Shown here: positions 34,231 through 44,113 of the stretch, one piece after another
Numbering within the stretch: position 1 is the first letter of the stretch
Layout of the letters: the number at the start of each line of letters is the position of its first letter
Source of the DNA: Clostridiales bacterium
GTDB lineage: Bacteria > Bacillota > Clostridia > Christensenellales > UBA1242
Reading direction: 5' to 3'
NCBI GenBank assembly: GCA_918262735.1
Contig: CAKJYJ010000002.1
Span: forward strand, 57,226 to 121,225
Length of the DNA: 64,000 nucleotides
Notes under the pieces: generated by a model
Told to the model about the DNA's origin: nothing
The model's database searches: none
The model's input: the letters and a program-made list of their open reading frames with translations, nothing else
Position numbers and translations under genes: made by a program

Positions 34231-35922
34231 ATGTATAGTCTAAACAAAAAAAACAGCATACATATATTGACGCTTGTCAGCATCTTCATTTTTATTTTAT
34301 TAAGCACCTGTCAGTTTTTTGTTGGTGTTGGAACAAGGGCTGTTAGCACATTTACGCCAGCTGGAGGCTCAGGGACAAGTGCTAGCCCATATTTAATTGC
34401 AAACCAAACACAATTAAACAGCCTTGCGGGGTATGTTAATTCCGGTGGTAGCACAAGCGGAAAATATTATAAACTAACAGAGAATATAACCTTGTCGGGT
34501 AATCACACACCGATAGGGAATAGTTCATATAAATTCCAGGGTAATTTTGATGGTGATGGGCATAGTATAGATTCTCTTAACATTACTGGAACAGCGAGCA
34601 CAACCTTAGGTTTTTTTGGCTATATTAACGGAGCAACAATAAAAAACGTGTACCTAAAAAGCGGAACAATTAGTAACACATATGATTCTGGTGCACTTGT
34701 TGGTAGTGCAACGGGAAGCATCACCATAGAGAACTGTAGAAACTATGGAGTAACTGTAAGATATCCATCTAGTGGCACGGGCACTGGACAGATGGGGCTT
34801 GGCGGACTTATTGGTTGGGCAAATACCGCCACTGGCACAATATCCTCTTGTTGCAACTTGGCTACCGTACAGAACTATGCAATAAACCCATATGCTGGCG
34901 GTATTGTTGGGAAATATGGTGGAAGTATAACAAAATGCTATAATAAGGGAAAGGTTTATTCTGGAAGCTCGTCAACATCAGCAACTTCATATGGAGGGGG
35001 AATTTGTGGATATACTTCTGGAGCAATAACCGATTGTTTTAACGCTGCCAGTGTTGATGCTTATGCATTATCAGTAGAGTCTGATGGGGCATCAGGAACG
35101 AATTACACATTAAAAAAGACAACAATACCAGCATACGCTGGTGGAATATGTGGCGGTGGAGCTAGTTCTATTTCTAGATGCTATAACACCGGATCCATTT
35201 ATGGTGGTGGTTTACAATATAAATATACACTTGACTATTACCTTAGCGAAAAAACTTATACGACGGTCGGCGGAGGTAATGCCACCGCATCTGCCACACT
35301 GAATCATAAGGACTATATAAAAGGAACGATTTCTGTCCCAAATGAAATATATTATGATGATATACAATATATTACATCCGGAACAAATTGTTTTGGAACA
35401 AAAAAATATGACGGTTCCGCAAGGTATTGTTCAGTTAACCTCACGTCTTCATACTATGGTCCAGGAGTTAGTGGGTATTCATCCATTGGAGATCCGTTTG
35501 GCTATGGGACTAAAGACGGAACATTTGGTTTTACTAAAAGCACCACTTCGGAATTTGAAGATGTAAAGGACGGGAATACTAACGGGATTGTTGCAAGGGT
35601 AACAGGAACATATTCCGTAAGAGGATATGGATTCACATGGAATTATTATAGTAATTATAAAGTCCATATAAAATATTCGTATACTGGTGTTAAAATTTGG
35701 ACCACATATGACTATAAGAGTAGTTACACGGGTTCTGCAGTGTCCAAAACGGTTGATATTTTTAATTGTTCATTATCAAAAAAGGGTTATTCAACAATTG
35801 TGACTGATTCAGATTTAAAAAAGAAAGACTTGGGTTCTGCCTGGGCAGTGTCATCAAAAATAAATGACGGATTCCCACATCTTAAAAGTATGTACTGGGA
35901 AGATAATGCGGTTAAACCATAG
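34231..35922 (+). CDS. Secreted GLUG-motif adhesin-like protein
   Basis: Signal peptide; GSGTSASPYLI, YYKLTENI, TPIG...FQGNFDGDGH, repeated AGGIxG...C.N.G. Confidence 0.75.
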   Translation: MYSLNKKNSIHILTLVSIFIFILLSTCQFFVGVGTRAVSTFTPAGGSGTSASPYLIANQTQLNSLAGYVNSGGSTSGKYYKLTENITLSGNHTPIGNSSYKFQGNFDGDGHSIDSLNITGTASTTLGFFGYINGATIKNVYLKSGTISNTYDSGALVGSATGSITIENCRNYGVTVRYPSSGTGTGQMGLGGLIGWANTATGTISSCCNLATVQNYAINPYAGGIVGKYGGSITKCYNKGKVYSGSSSTSATSYGGGICGYTSGAITDCFNAASVDAYALSVESDGASGTNYTLKKTTIPAYAGGICGGGASSISRCYNTGSIYGGGLQYKYTLDYYLSEKTYTTVGGGNATASATLNHKDYIKGTISVPNEIYYDDIQYITSGTNCFGTKKYDGSARYCSVNLTSSYYGPGVSGYSSIGDPFGYGTKDGTFGFTKSTTSEFEDVKDGNTNGIVARVTGTYSVRGYGFTWNYYSNYKVHIKYSYTGVKIWTTYDYKSSYTGSAVSKTVDIFNCSLSKKGYSTIVTDSDLKKKDLGSAWAVSSKINDGFPHLKSMYWEDNAVKP

Positions 35923-35983
35923 CTTAAGTATTTATTGGATACATTTTTTATAAAATAAGTAGGTAATTGGGGAGTGTGATATA

Positions 35984-36865
35984 ATGGATTTTATAGTAAA
36001 TAAGTCGATGGATCTAAACGAATTTGATCAAGAAAAACTAAACGCGCTTATTGGTGATATTATTAAACTTGATGATAAGTTTTCTTCTGAAGGGTTCAAT
36101 ATAAGTTCATGGTACGGGAATTTCAAGAAGAACAGGTTTTACGATAAATTAGAAAAGCTAAATCGGGGGTATCATTATAAACCTATTCTTCCCAAAAAAT
36201 ATGATAGAAAGTTCCCATCGTTTTTGGTTTGGGAAATATACACCGTTATTAACACTCTTAATTTCAAAAAAGGAGATGTTGTTTTAGATATTGGCGGTGC
36301 TTGTTCGTTGTTTTCATTTTTTCTTGAATCAAAAGGGGTAAAGGTAATTGCAATAGATATAAATAAAGAAATTGTTGATGAAGCTAATAGGATTGCTCGG
36401 GCACTTAACTTAAATTATTTGGCAATACATAGTGATGCAGAGGAATTTGTTAACAATAGTGATATAAAATTTGATTATATTACGTCTATATGTGTTTTTG
36501 AGCATATTGAGTCAGAAAAAAGGAAAAGAATAGTAAAAAATTTACATAAATTATTAAAACCAGATGGAAAAATAGCTCTTACTTTTGATTATCGTAACCC
36601 TTCGAAATTCGTTAAAATCAACAATCCTGACGATGTTTTGAGTGAACTGGCTTGTTCTGAGTACTTAAAACCATATGGGAATCAAACCTTTATTGATAAT
36701 AACAAGAATTATCTAGTGCATGGCTTTTTCCATTATAAATTTTTTATTAGATATAAGATTAGGTCAATAAAAAAAGGAAATTTCAGGAGGTGTGATTTTT
36801 TTAAAGTTAAATTTAAGAATGATTATACTTTCGGCTCCTTATTTTTAGAATTAAAAAGGAATTAA
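35984..36865 (+). CDS. Class I SAM-dependent methyltransferase
   Basis: VLDIGG, AIDIN, FDYITSICVFEHI, LLKPDG. Confidence 0.88.
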   Translation: MDFIVNKSMDLNEFDQEKLNALIGDIIKLDDKFSSEGFNISSWYGNFKKNRFYDKLEKLNRGYHYKPILPKKYDRKFPSFLVWEIYTVINTLNFKKGDVVLDIGGACSLFSFFLESKGVKVIAIDINKEIVDEANRIARALNLNYLAIHSDAEEFVNNSDIKFDYITSICVFEHIESEKRKRIVKNLHKLLKPDGKIALTFDYRNPSKFVKINNPDDVLSELACSEYLKPYGNQTFIDNNKNYLVHGFFHYKFFIRYKIRSIKKGNFRRCDFFKVKFKNDYTFGSLFLELKRN

Positions 36866-36868
36866 AAT

Positions 36869-38374
36869 ATGCAATATTTTATAATTGATGGTAACGATTC
36901 TTTACAGGACGTTATTAATTATTTAATAGAAACGTCTGGATTACCAAGTATTCATCAAAGAATGAACATGTATCCTGCAGATAATTCAAATAATAGTTTT
37001 CAAATTCAATTTGTGGATAATTGTATTTTTTTTCAAGAATCAGAGCAAACAAAATTTATTAGTATAAAAAATAAAAATCTAAAGTCGTTTTTAAGATTTA
37101 TTTCTCGTATCTGTGAGTCGTTTTTTATTAATAAAATTGAATTACTGCAATTTTGTAGTTGTAGTATTTTGTTTGACACATATCACGGGAATCTTATAGC
37201 AACAGAGGATATGGATGTTGTAAATAGGATTAAAGAAAGATTTAACTTTCAATATTATGAAAATATTAACGAACATAAAGCGAAAATATACGATAGTGCA
37301 GAAAAAATATTTGATACGTTGGGGAATCTGAATGGCAAGATTAAGGATTATGCAATAAAAACAGGATTAGATATTCGTTCGGCGAGCCCGTCTGTTAGGA
37401 TAAGATTATCTAACTTATCAAATGATTATTCCTTTTTAGAAAAATATTTTAAATTGGTGACCCAAAACGATCTTTTAAGTTTAGAATCCAAAAGGAATGT
37501 AAACACATTATTTAAGCCAATGAGTATTATTATTCCAATTTTTAACCAAGATGTTACATCGACATTGCTTTCAATACAAGGGCAACATTTGTCAATGGAA
37601 GAAAAAACTAAAATACAAGTGATATTGGTTAATGATGGATCAAAACTAGATGTTGAGTCGCAAATTATGAAGATTAAGGATAGTTTGGATTTTCATATTG
37701 ATTATGTTTCATTCTCCGCCAATCAAGGATTATCAAATGCCAGAAATGTCGGATTTTCATTAGCTAAATATGATATTATTCTATTTTTGGATTCGGATAT
37801 AGTACTGAGCAAAGATTACCTAATTGACATTAATACTAGATTGCAAGTTATTCCTAACGGGTTATTTGTTGCTATGAGGAAAAACATAGATAAAGACGAT
37901 CCTATTCTTAATACTAAAAATCTATTAAATGGTATAGAAAGATGCAATAATTTTGATGACAGTAGAATAATTACGAAGAGAAAAGATTATCACATAGGGT
38001 GGGATAGTGCATATGGAGATGAAAATGTAATGATCCTTGATGATACAAATTATTTTAAACAGCTGGGTTTTGGTTCAAAAATTGGGATATATGATTTACC
38101 CGCCGTTGTTGCCGGGCACAATATGGCCGTGTCAAGGCAATTTATAAAAAAACAACCCGTTTTTTCAACCAGGTTTAAAGGTTGGGGAATGGAAGATACA
38201 TATTTTGCATCTTCAATAATAGCTAATGGGTGCTTCGTAATTCCATTATTATCATCGTGTGTATATCATATAAATCATCCGCCAAGAAGTGGTAATATGG
38301 AACAAAAAATAATTGAGGCAAAAAAGAACTATTATTTATATAACGAAATGTTAGATGAAAAGTGGGAAGAGTAA
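36869..38374 (+). CDS. GT2 glycosyltransferase with an extra N-terminal domain
   Basis: SIIIPIFN, VNDGS, NARNVG, FLDSD, FKGWGMED; about 215 aa unassigned N-terminus. Confidence 0.88.
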   Translation: MQYFIIDGNDSLQDVINYLIETSGLPSIHQRMNMYPADNSNNSFQIQFVDNCIFFQESEQTKFISIKNKNLKSFLRFISRICESFFINKIELLQFCSCSILFDTYHGNLIATEDMDVVNRIKERFNFQYYENINEHKAKIYDSAEKIFDTLGNLNGKIKDYAIKTGLDIRSASPSVRIRLSNLSNDYSFLEKYFKLVTQNDLLSLESKRNVNTLFKPMSIIIPIFNQDVTSTLLSIQGQHLSMEEKTKIQVILVNDGSKLDVESQIMKIKDSLDFHIDYVSFSANQGLSNARNVGFSLAKYDIILFLDSDIVLSKDYLIDINTRLQVIPNGLFVAMRKNIDKDDPILNTKNLLNGIERCNNFDDSRIITKRKDYHIGWDSAYGDENVMILDDTNYFKQLGFGSKIGIYDLPAVVAGHNMAVSRQFIKKQPVFSTRFKGWGMEDTYFASSIIANGCFVIPLLSSCVYHINHPPRSGNMEQKIIEAKKNYYLYNEMLDEKWEE

Positions 38375-39150
38375 TGGGAAGATGGGTTTTATTTGATATT
38401 GATGAGACTATTATTTATGAGGATAAATATCCAATTAATTTTAACGAAATACATAATAAGATTAAAGTATTAAAAAATATGGGGGTTAAATTTGGGATTT
38501 GCACAAATAGGAGTTTTAATAGAGCCACAATTAGGATTGCAAAAAGATACAATGCAGATGAAATAATTATAACAGAAGGGGGTTGTTGTGTTTATAAGCG
38601 CCGGTTTTGGGGTCATAAGCTTATATGTAAAAGCAACACGTTTACTTCTGAAATAAAAAAGCATATTAAATTGAAAATTTTTGATTTTTTGTTTGATACA
38701 AACAATAACTATGCTACAATAATAAAGAAGCGATCAGTGGAGAAAAACACTTTTTATTTTAGTAGACACCGAATCGCAACACAAACCGTTACTCTTAACA
38801 ATAATTATATAAACAAAATTAATGATTTGTGCCTAAGTTTAAGGGATGATGAAATATTAAATTATTATAATATTGAAAGGGATTTGAAACATAAAAACAG
38901 AATTAATATTTTTCCAAACACAATGAACAAGTTTTTACGAATGCAATCTTTATTTGATGATGGGGAGATTATTTTTGTAACGGATTTTGAGAATTGGGTA
39001 CCTCCATGCAAAAAGAATTTGCGAATTGTTAGTGTTGGTAAAAATAAAAATTTTAATGATCTCTGTGATAATGTTTTTATGTCTAAAAGTAACGGCTTAA
39101 ATGATGTTTTAGATTATATATTAAAAGGAGAAAAAAATGAAAGAATATGA
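38374..39150 (+). CDS. HAD-superfamily hydrolase (Cof-like)
   Basis: FDIDET motif I, CTNR motif II, FVTD motif IV; TAATG coupling to GT2. Confidence 0.75.
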   Translation: MGRWVLFDIDETIIYEDKYPINFNEIHNKIKVLKNMGVKFGICTNRSFNRATIRIAKRYNADEIIITEGGCCVYKRRFWGHKLICKSNTFTSEIKKHIKLKIFDFLFDTNNNYATIIKKRSVEKNTFYFSRHRIATQTVTLNNNYINKINDLCLSLRDDEILNYYNIERDLKHKNRINIFPNTMNKFLRMQSLFDDGEIIFVTDFENWVPPCKKNLRIVSVGKNKNFNDLCDNVFMSKSNGLNDVLDYILKGEKNERI

Positions 39151-39601
39151 AGAATTATCAGAAAATTGTAAAATTAGATGGGATGAAAACTTTGTTTTAG
39201 AAAAACAAAGATACACCCAAGTAAGTGGATATGTTTATAACGATAACAATCAGTTGTTAGTTGTTAAAAACGGAAAATCTTGGACAATACCTGGGGGGCA
39301 TCCGGAAGCTGGAGAAACTCCACTGTTCACTCTTGAACGAGAAATAATGGAAGAGGCATGTGTTACTATAAAAGATGTTAAATTTATTGGGGCGGTCGAG
39401 GTTGTTGAGAATGGTGAAACATACTATCAATTAAGGTATACCGCAAAGGCAGACAAGGTTTTAGAGTTTAAAAAAGAATGGGAAACTGACGAGAGGGCGT
39501 TTGTTGATTTGGAGCATTTAGCAGAATATATAAAGTGGGCTAATGGTAAAACATTTAGCGAACAAATATGTACTTCAAAAAAAGTATGGAACATTAAATA
39601 G
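39137..39601 (+). CDS. NUDIX hydrolase
   Basis: PGGHPEAGET...LEREIMEEA Nudix box. Confidence 0.92.
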   Translation: MKEYEELSENCKIRWDENFVLEKQRYTQVSGYVYNDNNQLLVVKNGKSWTIPGGHPEAGETPLFTLEREIMEEACVTIKDVKFIGAVEVVENGETYYQLRYTAKADKVLEFKKEWETDERAFVDLEHLAEYIKWANGKTFSEQICTSKKVWNIK

Positions 39602-39602
39602 T

Positions 39603-40727
39603 ATGAAAATATTAATTTATCAGCCACGGGTTTCTTATTATACTGGTGGTGGAGAAGTGTATCCATTACAAACTGCAAAGTTTTTTGCGGAATTGGGCCA
39701 TGATGTCACAGTATTAACAACAAAAGCAAAATATATTAAATTTTCCGATTATTTTTTAAAATTTATTGAGAATAATCCAACAGTAAAAATTGAATATATT
39801 GTTCTGGACAATAATTATAAATTCATTTACGATACTCCTGCTGGTGTTGATTGGGAAAGATGGGATTTAGAGTCTCTTTACATTGCTCGCGAAGCATATT
39901 CTTTTTTGTTGAAACATCAATATGATATTGTAACATGTCATTGTGTTATTGACACATTGGCAGTTCCTTTTTGCCAAAAGCATATTTTACACTTACACGG
40001 TAGCCCGTCGGAGTTGAATTATATATGCAAGTTGGTGTTAAAAAAAGAAAAAAATATTTTAGCGGTTTCAAAGAATGTGGCAAACAAATGGCGATTATTA
40101 GGTATAGATACAAATATGAGGGTTAGCACAAACGCTATAGATGATAAGTTTTTCTTTCCTGCTGAAAATGTTAAAGGGAATGACCTTTTATTCGTTGGTA
40201 GATTAATACCAATTAAGGGAGTGGATTATATTATAGAGGCTTTGAATATATTAAAACAAAAATATAGTTTAGCCCTTAATTTAAAAGTAATAGGTACTGG
40301 ACCAATAATCGACGAACTTAAAAGTTTGGCCAAAAAATTAAATTTGGAAAGCCAGGTTATTTTTTATGGATTGGTTTCTAATGAGTTTTTAATTAGTTCA
40401 TATCAGAGTGCAAAAATTGCCGTGTTGCCTTCTTATGAAAAAGAGGGGATAATGTCTACGCTTCTTGAAGCTGCGGCTTGTAAGACTCCAGCAATCACTA
40501 CAAGGGGGACAAGCATGGAGGAATTTGCACAGGATAATAAAAATGCCATACTTGTTGAGCCTAAAGATTCTGCCGACTTGGCTGAAAAAATATATCGATT
40601 ATATACAGACAAACGACTATACAATCAGATTCAAAGAAATGCATATAATGAAGTAAAATTACATTACACCTGGAAGAAAAAAGCGCAGGAGTTAATTAAG
40701 TATTATTCAGAGGATGTTAATGAATAG
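39603..40727 (+). CDS. GT4 glycosyltransferase
   Basis: GGGE, FVGRL..KG, PSYEKEGIMSTLLEAAAC (EX7E). Confidence 0.92.
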   Translation: MKILIYQPRVSYYTGGGEVYPLQTAKFFAELGHDVTVLTTKAKYIKFSDYFLKFIENNPTVKIEYIVLDNNYKFIYDTPAGVDWERWDLESLYIAREAYSFLLKHQYDIVTCHCVIDTLAVPFCQKHILHLHGSPSELNYICKLVLKKEKNILAVSKNVANKWRLLGIDTNMRVSTNAIDDKFFFPAENVKGNDLLFVGRLIPIKGVDYIIEALNILKQKYSLALNLKVIGTGPIIDELKSLAKKLNLESQVIFYGLVSNEFLISSYQSAKIAVLPSYEKEGIMSTLLEAAACKTPAITTRGTSMEEFAQDNKNAILVEPKDSADLAEKIYRLYTDKRLYNQIQRNAYNEVKLHYTWKKKAQELIKYYSEDVNE

Positions 40728-41577
40728 TTTTTATATAAAATCTTCACGAGCAATAGTTAAAATTACAGCAGATAATAATGAGATAAAAAAAATATTTAAA
40801 GATGATTTTTTATATGCATATATACCTTCTGTCGAGATTATTTTTGACCACCATTATCGGAAAATAAATGCGATTATTAATATATCAAAAACAAACAAGA
40901 ACAAAATAGATTTTAGGTTCCCTGTTATTGATTTTTATTATAAAACATTCAATTCAAAAGATATAATATCTTTAATTGAATATGTTCTTGAAAGAGCAAG
41001 GCAGGAAATGGGCATAATATGCATACATGGTTCCGGAGCTATTGTTAATAACAAGGCTGTAATTTGTTGGGGACCAGCCACAGGAATGGGTAAAACTTCA
41101 TTAGCAATCGGTTTCTCTCAAAATGGGAATGAGTTTTATTCAGATGAAAAAATTCTAATAGATTTGAAGAAAAGTATGGTTGTAGGAAGAATAAAATATC
41201 AATATCTTTCTAATGATTTTTGGAAAAGAGAGCATGGCTATGAAAAGTATTATCAACCAAAAAACTTGTCTAAAGATGATAATTTTTTAATTAGATTATT
41301 TATTTATGGGATTGTATCTGAAAGTGAGTATATTTTAGATGTTTGGGATTCGACAAAGTTTTTTTGGCACATTTATGAAGAGTCTTGTAGAAAAATACGG
41401 GGAACATCTAGATTGTTTTTTAATTCTAGGTATTCGCCACCATCTCTTGATACTGAAGAATTGGCAAAAAAAAGGATCATATGGTTGGTTAAGTTTACCA
41501 AGACGATCCCTTCTGTATATTATAGAGGAAATATTGAATCTGCGAAAATGGCATTGAGGACTTTTTTTGATGGTTGA
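40720..41577 (+). CDS. HPr-kinase-like P-loop kinase
   Basis: IHGSG...GPATGMGKTS...SDE, the motif order of HprK-related kinases. Confidence 0.7.
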   Translation: MNSFYIKSSRAIVKITADNNEIKKIFKDDFLYAYIPSVEIIFDHHYRKINAIINISKTNKNKIDFRFPVIDFYYKTFNSKDIISLIEYVLERARQEMGIICIHGSGAIVNNKAVICWGPATGMGKTSLAIGFSQNGNEFYSDEKILIDLKKSMVVGRIKYQYLSNDFWKREHGYEKYYQPKNLSKDDNFLIRLFIYGIVSESEYILDVWDSTKFFWHIYEESCRKIRGTSRLFFNSRYSPPSLDTEELAKKRIIWLVKFTKTIPSVYYRGNIESAKMALRTFFDG

Positions 41578-41592
41578 TATATATAAAGAAGA

Positions 41593-42225
41593 TCACAACG
41601 TTTTTCCATCTATATCGCTATAAATTATTTGTTTATTTTTTAATATATATTTATCAAAGATACTTACAGCATCGGCGAACACTTCAGCTTTTGTTTTGTT
41701 GCTAGTGTCAATTTTATAATAGTTTAGGTTTCTGCTTTTGGCATATTCTTCAAGATTATTCTTATGCCACTCAATTGGATGTTTTAGATCTGGATCTTCG
41801 GGATTTCTTTCATATATTCTATTATATCTTTCAATATCCGTTGCAGTTAAGTAAATACTGGCATCAAAAAATGCGCCATTCTTTACATATTCATCATATA
41901 TTGCTTCGGTATCCGCTGAACCGGTAACGGCATACGATGTAAGTAGACCCCTGTCTAGAATAATGTTTTTATTTTTTTGATATTTTTTTAGCCAAAGAAT
42001 AGCATCATTATAAAACCTAGTAATTTTTTCAATTGATTTTGAAGCATATATTTCCTGTTCAGCCTTAAAAACATATTTCATTGCATCTTCATAAGAACAG
42101 TTATACTTATGTTTAAACATTAATATTATGGGCTTTTCAACGAATATGAAACCGTATTTTTCGCATAAACTTTTAGCAAGAGATGTTTTACCTGTTCCGT
42201 CATATCCATCAATTGAAATTATCAT
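41593..42225 (-). CDS. Nucleoside monophosphate (thymidylate/dNK-like) kinase
   Basis: ISIDGYDGTGKTS P-loop, ILDR motif, IYLTA...RI..R; SD GGAGG. Confidence 0.8.
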   Translation of the reverse strand: MIISIDGYDGTGKTSLAKSLCEKYGFIFVEKPIILMFKHKYNCSYEDAMKYVFKAEQEIYASKSIEKITRFYNDAILWLKKYQKNKNIILDRGLLTSYAVTGSADTEAIYDEYVKNGAFFDASIYLTATDIERYNRIYERNPEDPDLKHPIEWHKNNLEEYAKSRNLNYYKIDTSNKTKAEVFADAVSIFDKYILKNKQIIYSDIDGKTL

Positions 42226-42360
42226 GATTCCTCCAATTGTTGTTATTATAATATAGTAATTGTGGGAAGTCAATATATAAATAGGGATTTGTTTTTTATA
42301 CTCATAGTTAAATTATATTAAGTTTTTCCAATTAGATAATATAAGAAAGGGAGTTTTATT

Positions 42361-42786
42361 ATGATTAGGGTTTTGGCAAGTGGATATTTTGATCCAATTC
42401 ATGTTGGACATATTGAGTATCTTAAAATGGCGAGAGAATTAGGGGATTATTTAATTGTTGCTGTTAATACAAATGAAAGCACAATAAGAAAGAAAGGATA
42501 TTTTTTTATGGATCAAAAAGATCGGATAGAAATATTAAAATCCTTAAGATTTGTTGATGAAGTAATATCTGTTATTGACCATGATGATACCGTTGCAGAA
42601 ACAATAAATGCTGTACAACCAGACATTTTTGCCAAAGGTGGGGATCGACATGTTGGTAATCTACCCCAAAAAGAAATAGATGTATGCACAAAGAATAATA
42701 TAAAAATAATAACTGGGTTAGGGAAAAAAATTGAATCTAGTTCTGGTCTGATAAATAGACTCAACGAATTAAACAAAAAAAAATGA
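42361..42786 (+). CDS. Cytidylyltransferase (TagD/RfaE-II-like)
   Basis: GYFDPIHVGH, VAVN, FAKGGD, SSS. Confidence 0.9.
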   Translation: MIRVLASGYFDPIHVGHIEYLKMARELGDYLIVAVNTNESTIRKKGYFFMDQKDRIEILKSLRFVDEVISVIDHDDTVAETINAVQPDIFAKGGDRHVGNLPQKEIDVCTKNNIKIITGLGKKIESSSGLINRLNELNKKK

Positions 42787-42809
42787 AGTCGGGTGACTTC
42801 ATTTTTTAC

Positions 42810-42886
42810 TGGTTGCGGGGGCTGGATTTGAACCTGCGACCTTCGGGTTATGAGCCCGACGAGCTTCCGAGCTGCTCTACCCCGCG
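42810..42886 (-). tRNA. tRNA-Met(CAT), initiator type
   Basis: CGCGGGGTAGAGCAGCTCGGAAGCTCGTCGGGCTCATAACCCGAAGGTCGCAGGTTCAAATCCAGCCCCCGCAACCA; C1:A72 mismatch and three G-C pairs in anticodon stem. Confidence 0.96.
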
Positions 42887-42904
42887 ATATTTATTGACGG
42901 GTAT

Positions 42905-42933
42905 ATTATAGAGCATTATTTTATTTATGTCAA
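42905..42933 (-). promoter_or_regulatory. Sigma-A promoter of tRNA-fMet
   Basis: TTGACA-17 nt-TATAAT on minus strand. Confidence 0.85.
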
Positions 42934-43011
42934 TACTATTTCGTATAATTTATTGGCTTAAATGGTATTTTTATGTTCTTTTTATAATTTAAATGGCGGT
43001 GATTAGAGAAG

Positions 43012-43824
43012 TTATTTCTGGCGATTTAAGTATTCCTCAAAATCATCGATTATTTTTTTCAGTCTTTCATCCAAATAATTTTTTGCGGTTGTTTGAATGT
43101 TTGTTGGCACACCATAAAATGCTCCTGCCATTGCCCCAGTAATTGCTCCCATGGTGTCGGTGTCGCCACCCCAACCGATAACTTTTTTTATTGCATCTTC
43201 ATATGAGTTTGATATTAAAAAAGCAAATATGCATTGAGGAACGGTTTCCTGACAAGAGCCCTCATATTTATAATTTTCAAATAGGTCGTCTTCGGTGTAG
43301 TTCATTGGGTAGTAGTTTTCTTCAACATACTTTTTTATTTCGTCTTTTGTTGTGCCGTTTAATGCAAGCCATTCAACAACAGCCGTTGCCTCTGCACCCT
43401 TTAAGCCTTCTGGGTGGTTGTGGGTGATTTCGGTAACAACCCTAGAAAGAGCCTTAACCTCATTTAAGTTTTTTGCGAAATATGGAACTGCAGAAATTCT
43501 CATGGCGCTACCATTACCAAAAGAGTTATAGGGTTCTCTACTATCTGTTATTAACCATCTATAAAACATACTGCCATATCCAGCAGTTCGAAGATACTCC
43601 TTGCCAATGTTTTTTATGTTATCAATTAATTGGTCTTTTAAATTAGAATAATTTCCATCACAATCTAAAAGCGTTTTTGTAATTATTAAAGTTAAAATTG
43701 AATCATCTGTGAACCTGTCATACCTGTTAAAAAGAGGAAAGTCCTTCATTTTTTGGCCAATAAATTCATAGTATGAGCCAGCAATATCCCCAGAAACAGC
43801 ACCAATTACACCATTATTAATCAT
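43012..43824 (-). CDS. ADP-ribosylglycohydrolase (DraG/ARH family)
   Basis: GDIAGS.YE, FTDDS, SFGNGSAMR, THNHPEG, GGDTDT. Confidence 0.93.
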   Translation of the reverse strand: MINNGVIGAVSGDIAGSYYEFIGQKMKDFPLFNRYDRFTDDSILTLIITKTLLDCDGNYSNLKDQLIDNIKNIGKEYLRTAGYGSMFYRWLITDSREPYNSFGNGSAMRISAVPYFAKNLNEVKALSRVVTEITHNHPEGLKGAEATAVVEWLALNGTTKDEIKKYVEENYYPMNYTEDDLFENYKYEGSCQETVPQCIFAFLISNSYEDAIKKVIGWGGDTDTMGAITGAMAGAFYGVPTNIQTTAKNYLDERLKKIIDDFEEYLNRQK

Positions 43825-43839
43825 ATACATAAACTCCTT

Positions 43840-44037
43840 TTACCAATCTTGTTTTTTTAATGTGTGAGATTTGACATCGTCGTAGAATGCAAAATAGTTA
43901 TCTTTGAATTGTTGTTTAGATGTTTTGAAGCAATTGATAAGTTCGTCAAGTTCTTCTAGTGTGTAGTCGCTCAACTTAAAATCCTCATCATATTGTTCAA
44001 TTATTTTTATCCAACTTTCTCTTTCCGTTTTTTTCAT
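43840..44037 (-). CDS. Small hypothetical protein
   Basis: 65 aa ORF abutting the ARH gene; TATAAT 6 nt upstream of ATG. Confidence 0.55.
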   Translation of the reverse strand: MKKTERESWIKIIEQYDEDFKLSDYTLEELDELINCFKTSKQQFKDNYFAFYDDVKSHTLKKQDW

Positions 44038-44113
44038 ATTAACATTATATAATAAACAGATTATTTAAGCAACCTATGGCACATATTTTTATTGTTTAGC
44101 ATTATATTAATAT

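Noticed and set aside
28900-42810. Glyco cluster as an island bounded by a tRNA-fMet att duplication
   Set aside because: I could not find a second copy of the tRNA 3' end or an integrase, so the boundaries are unsupported
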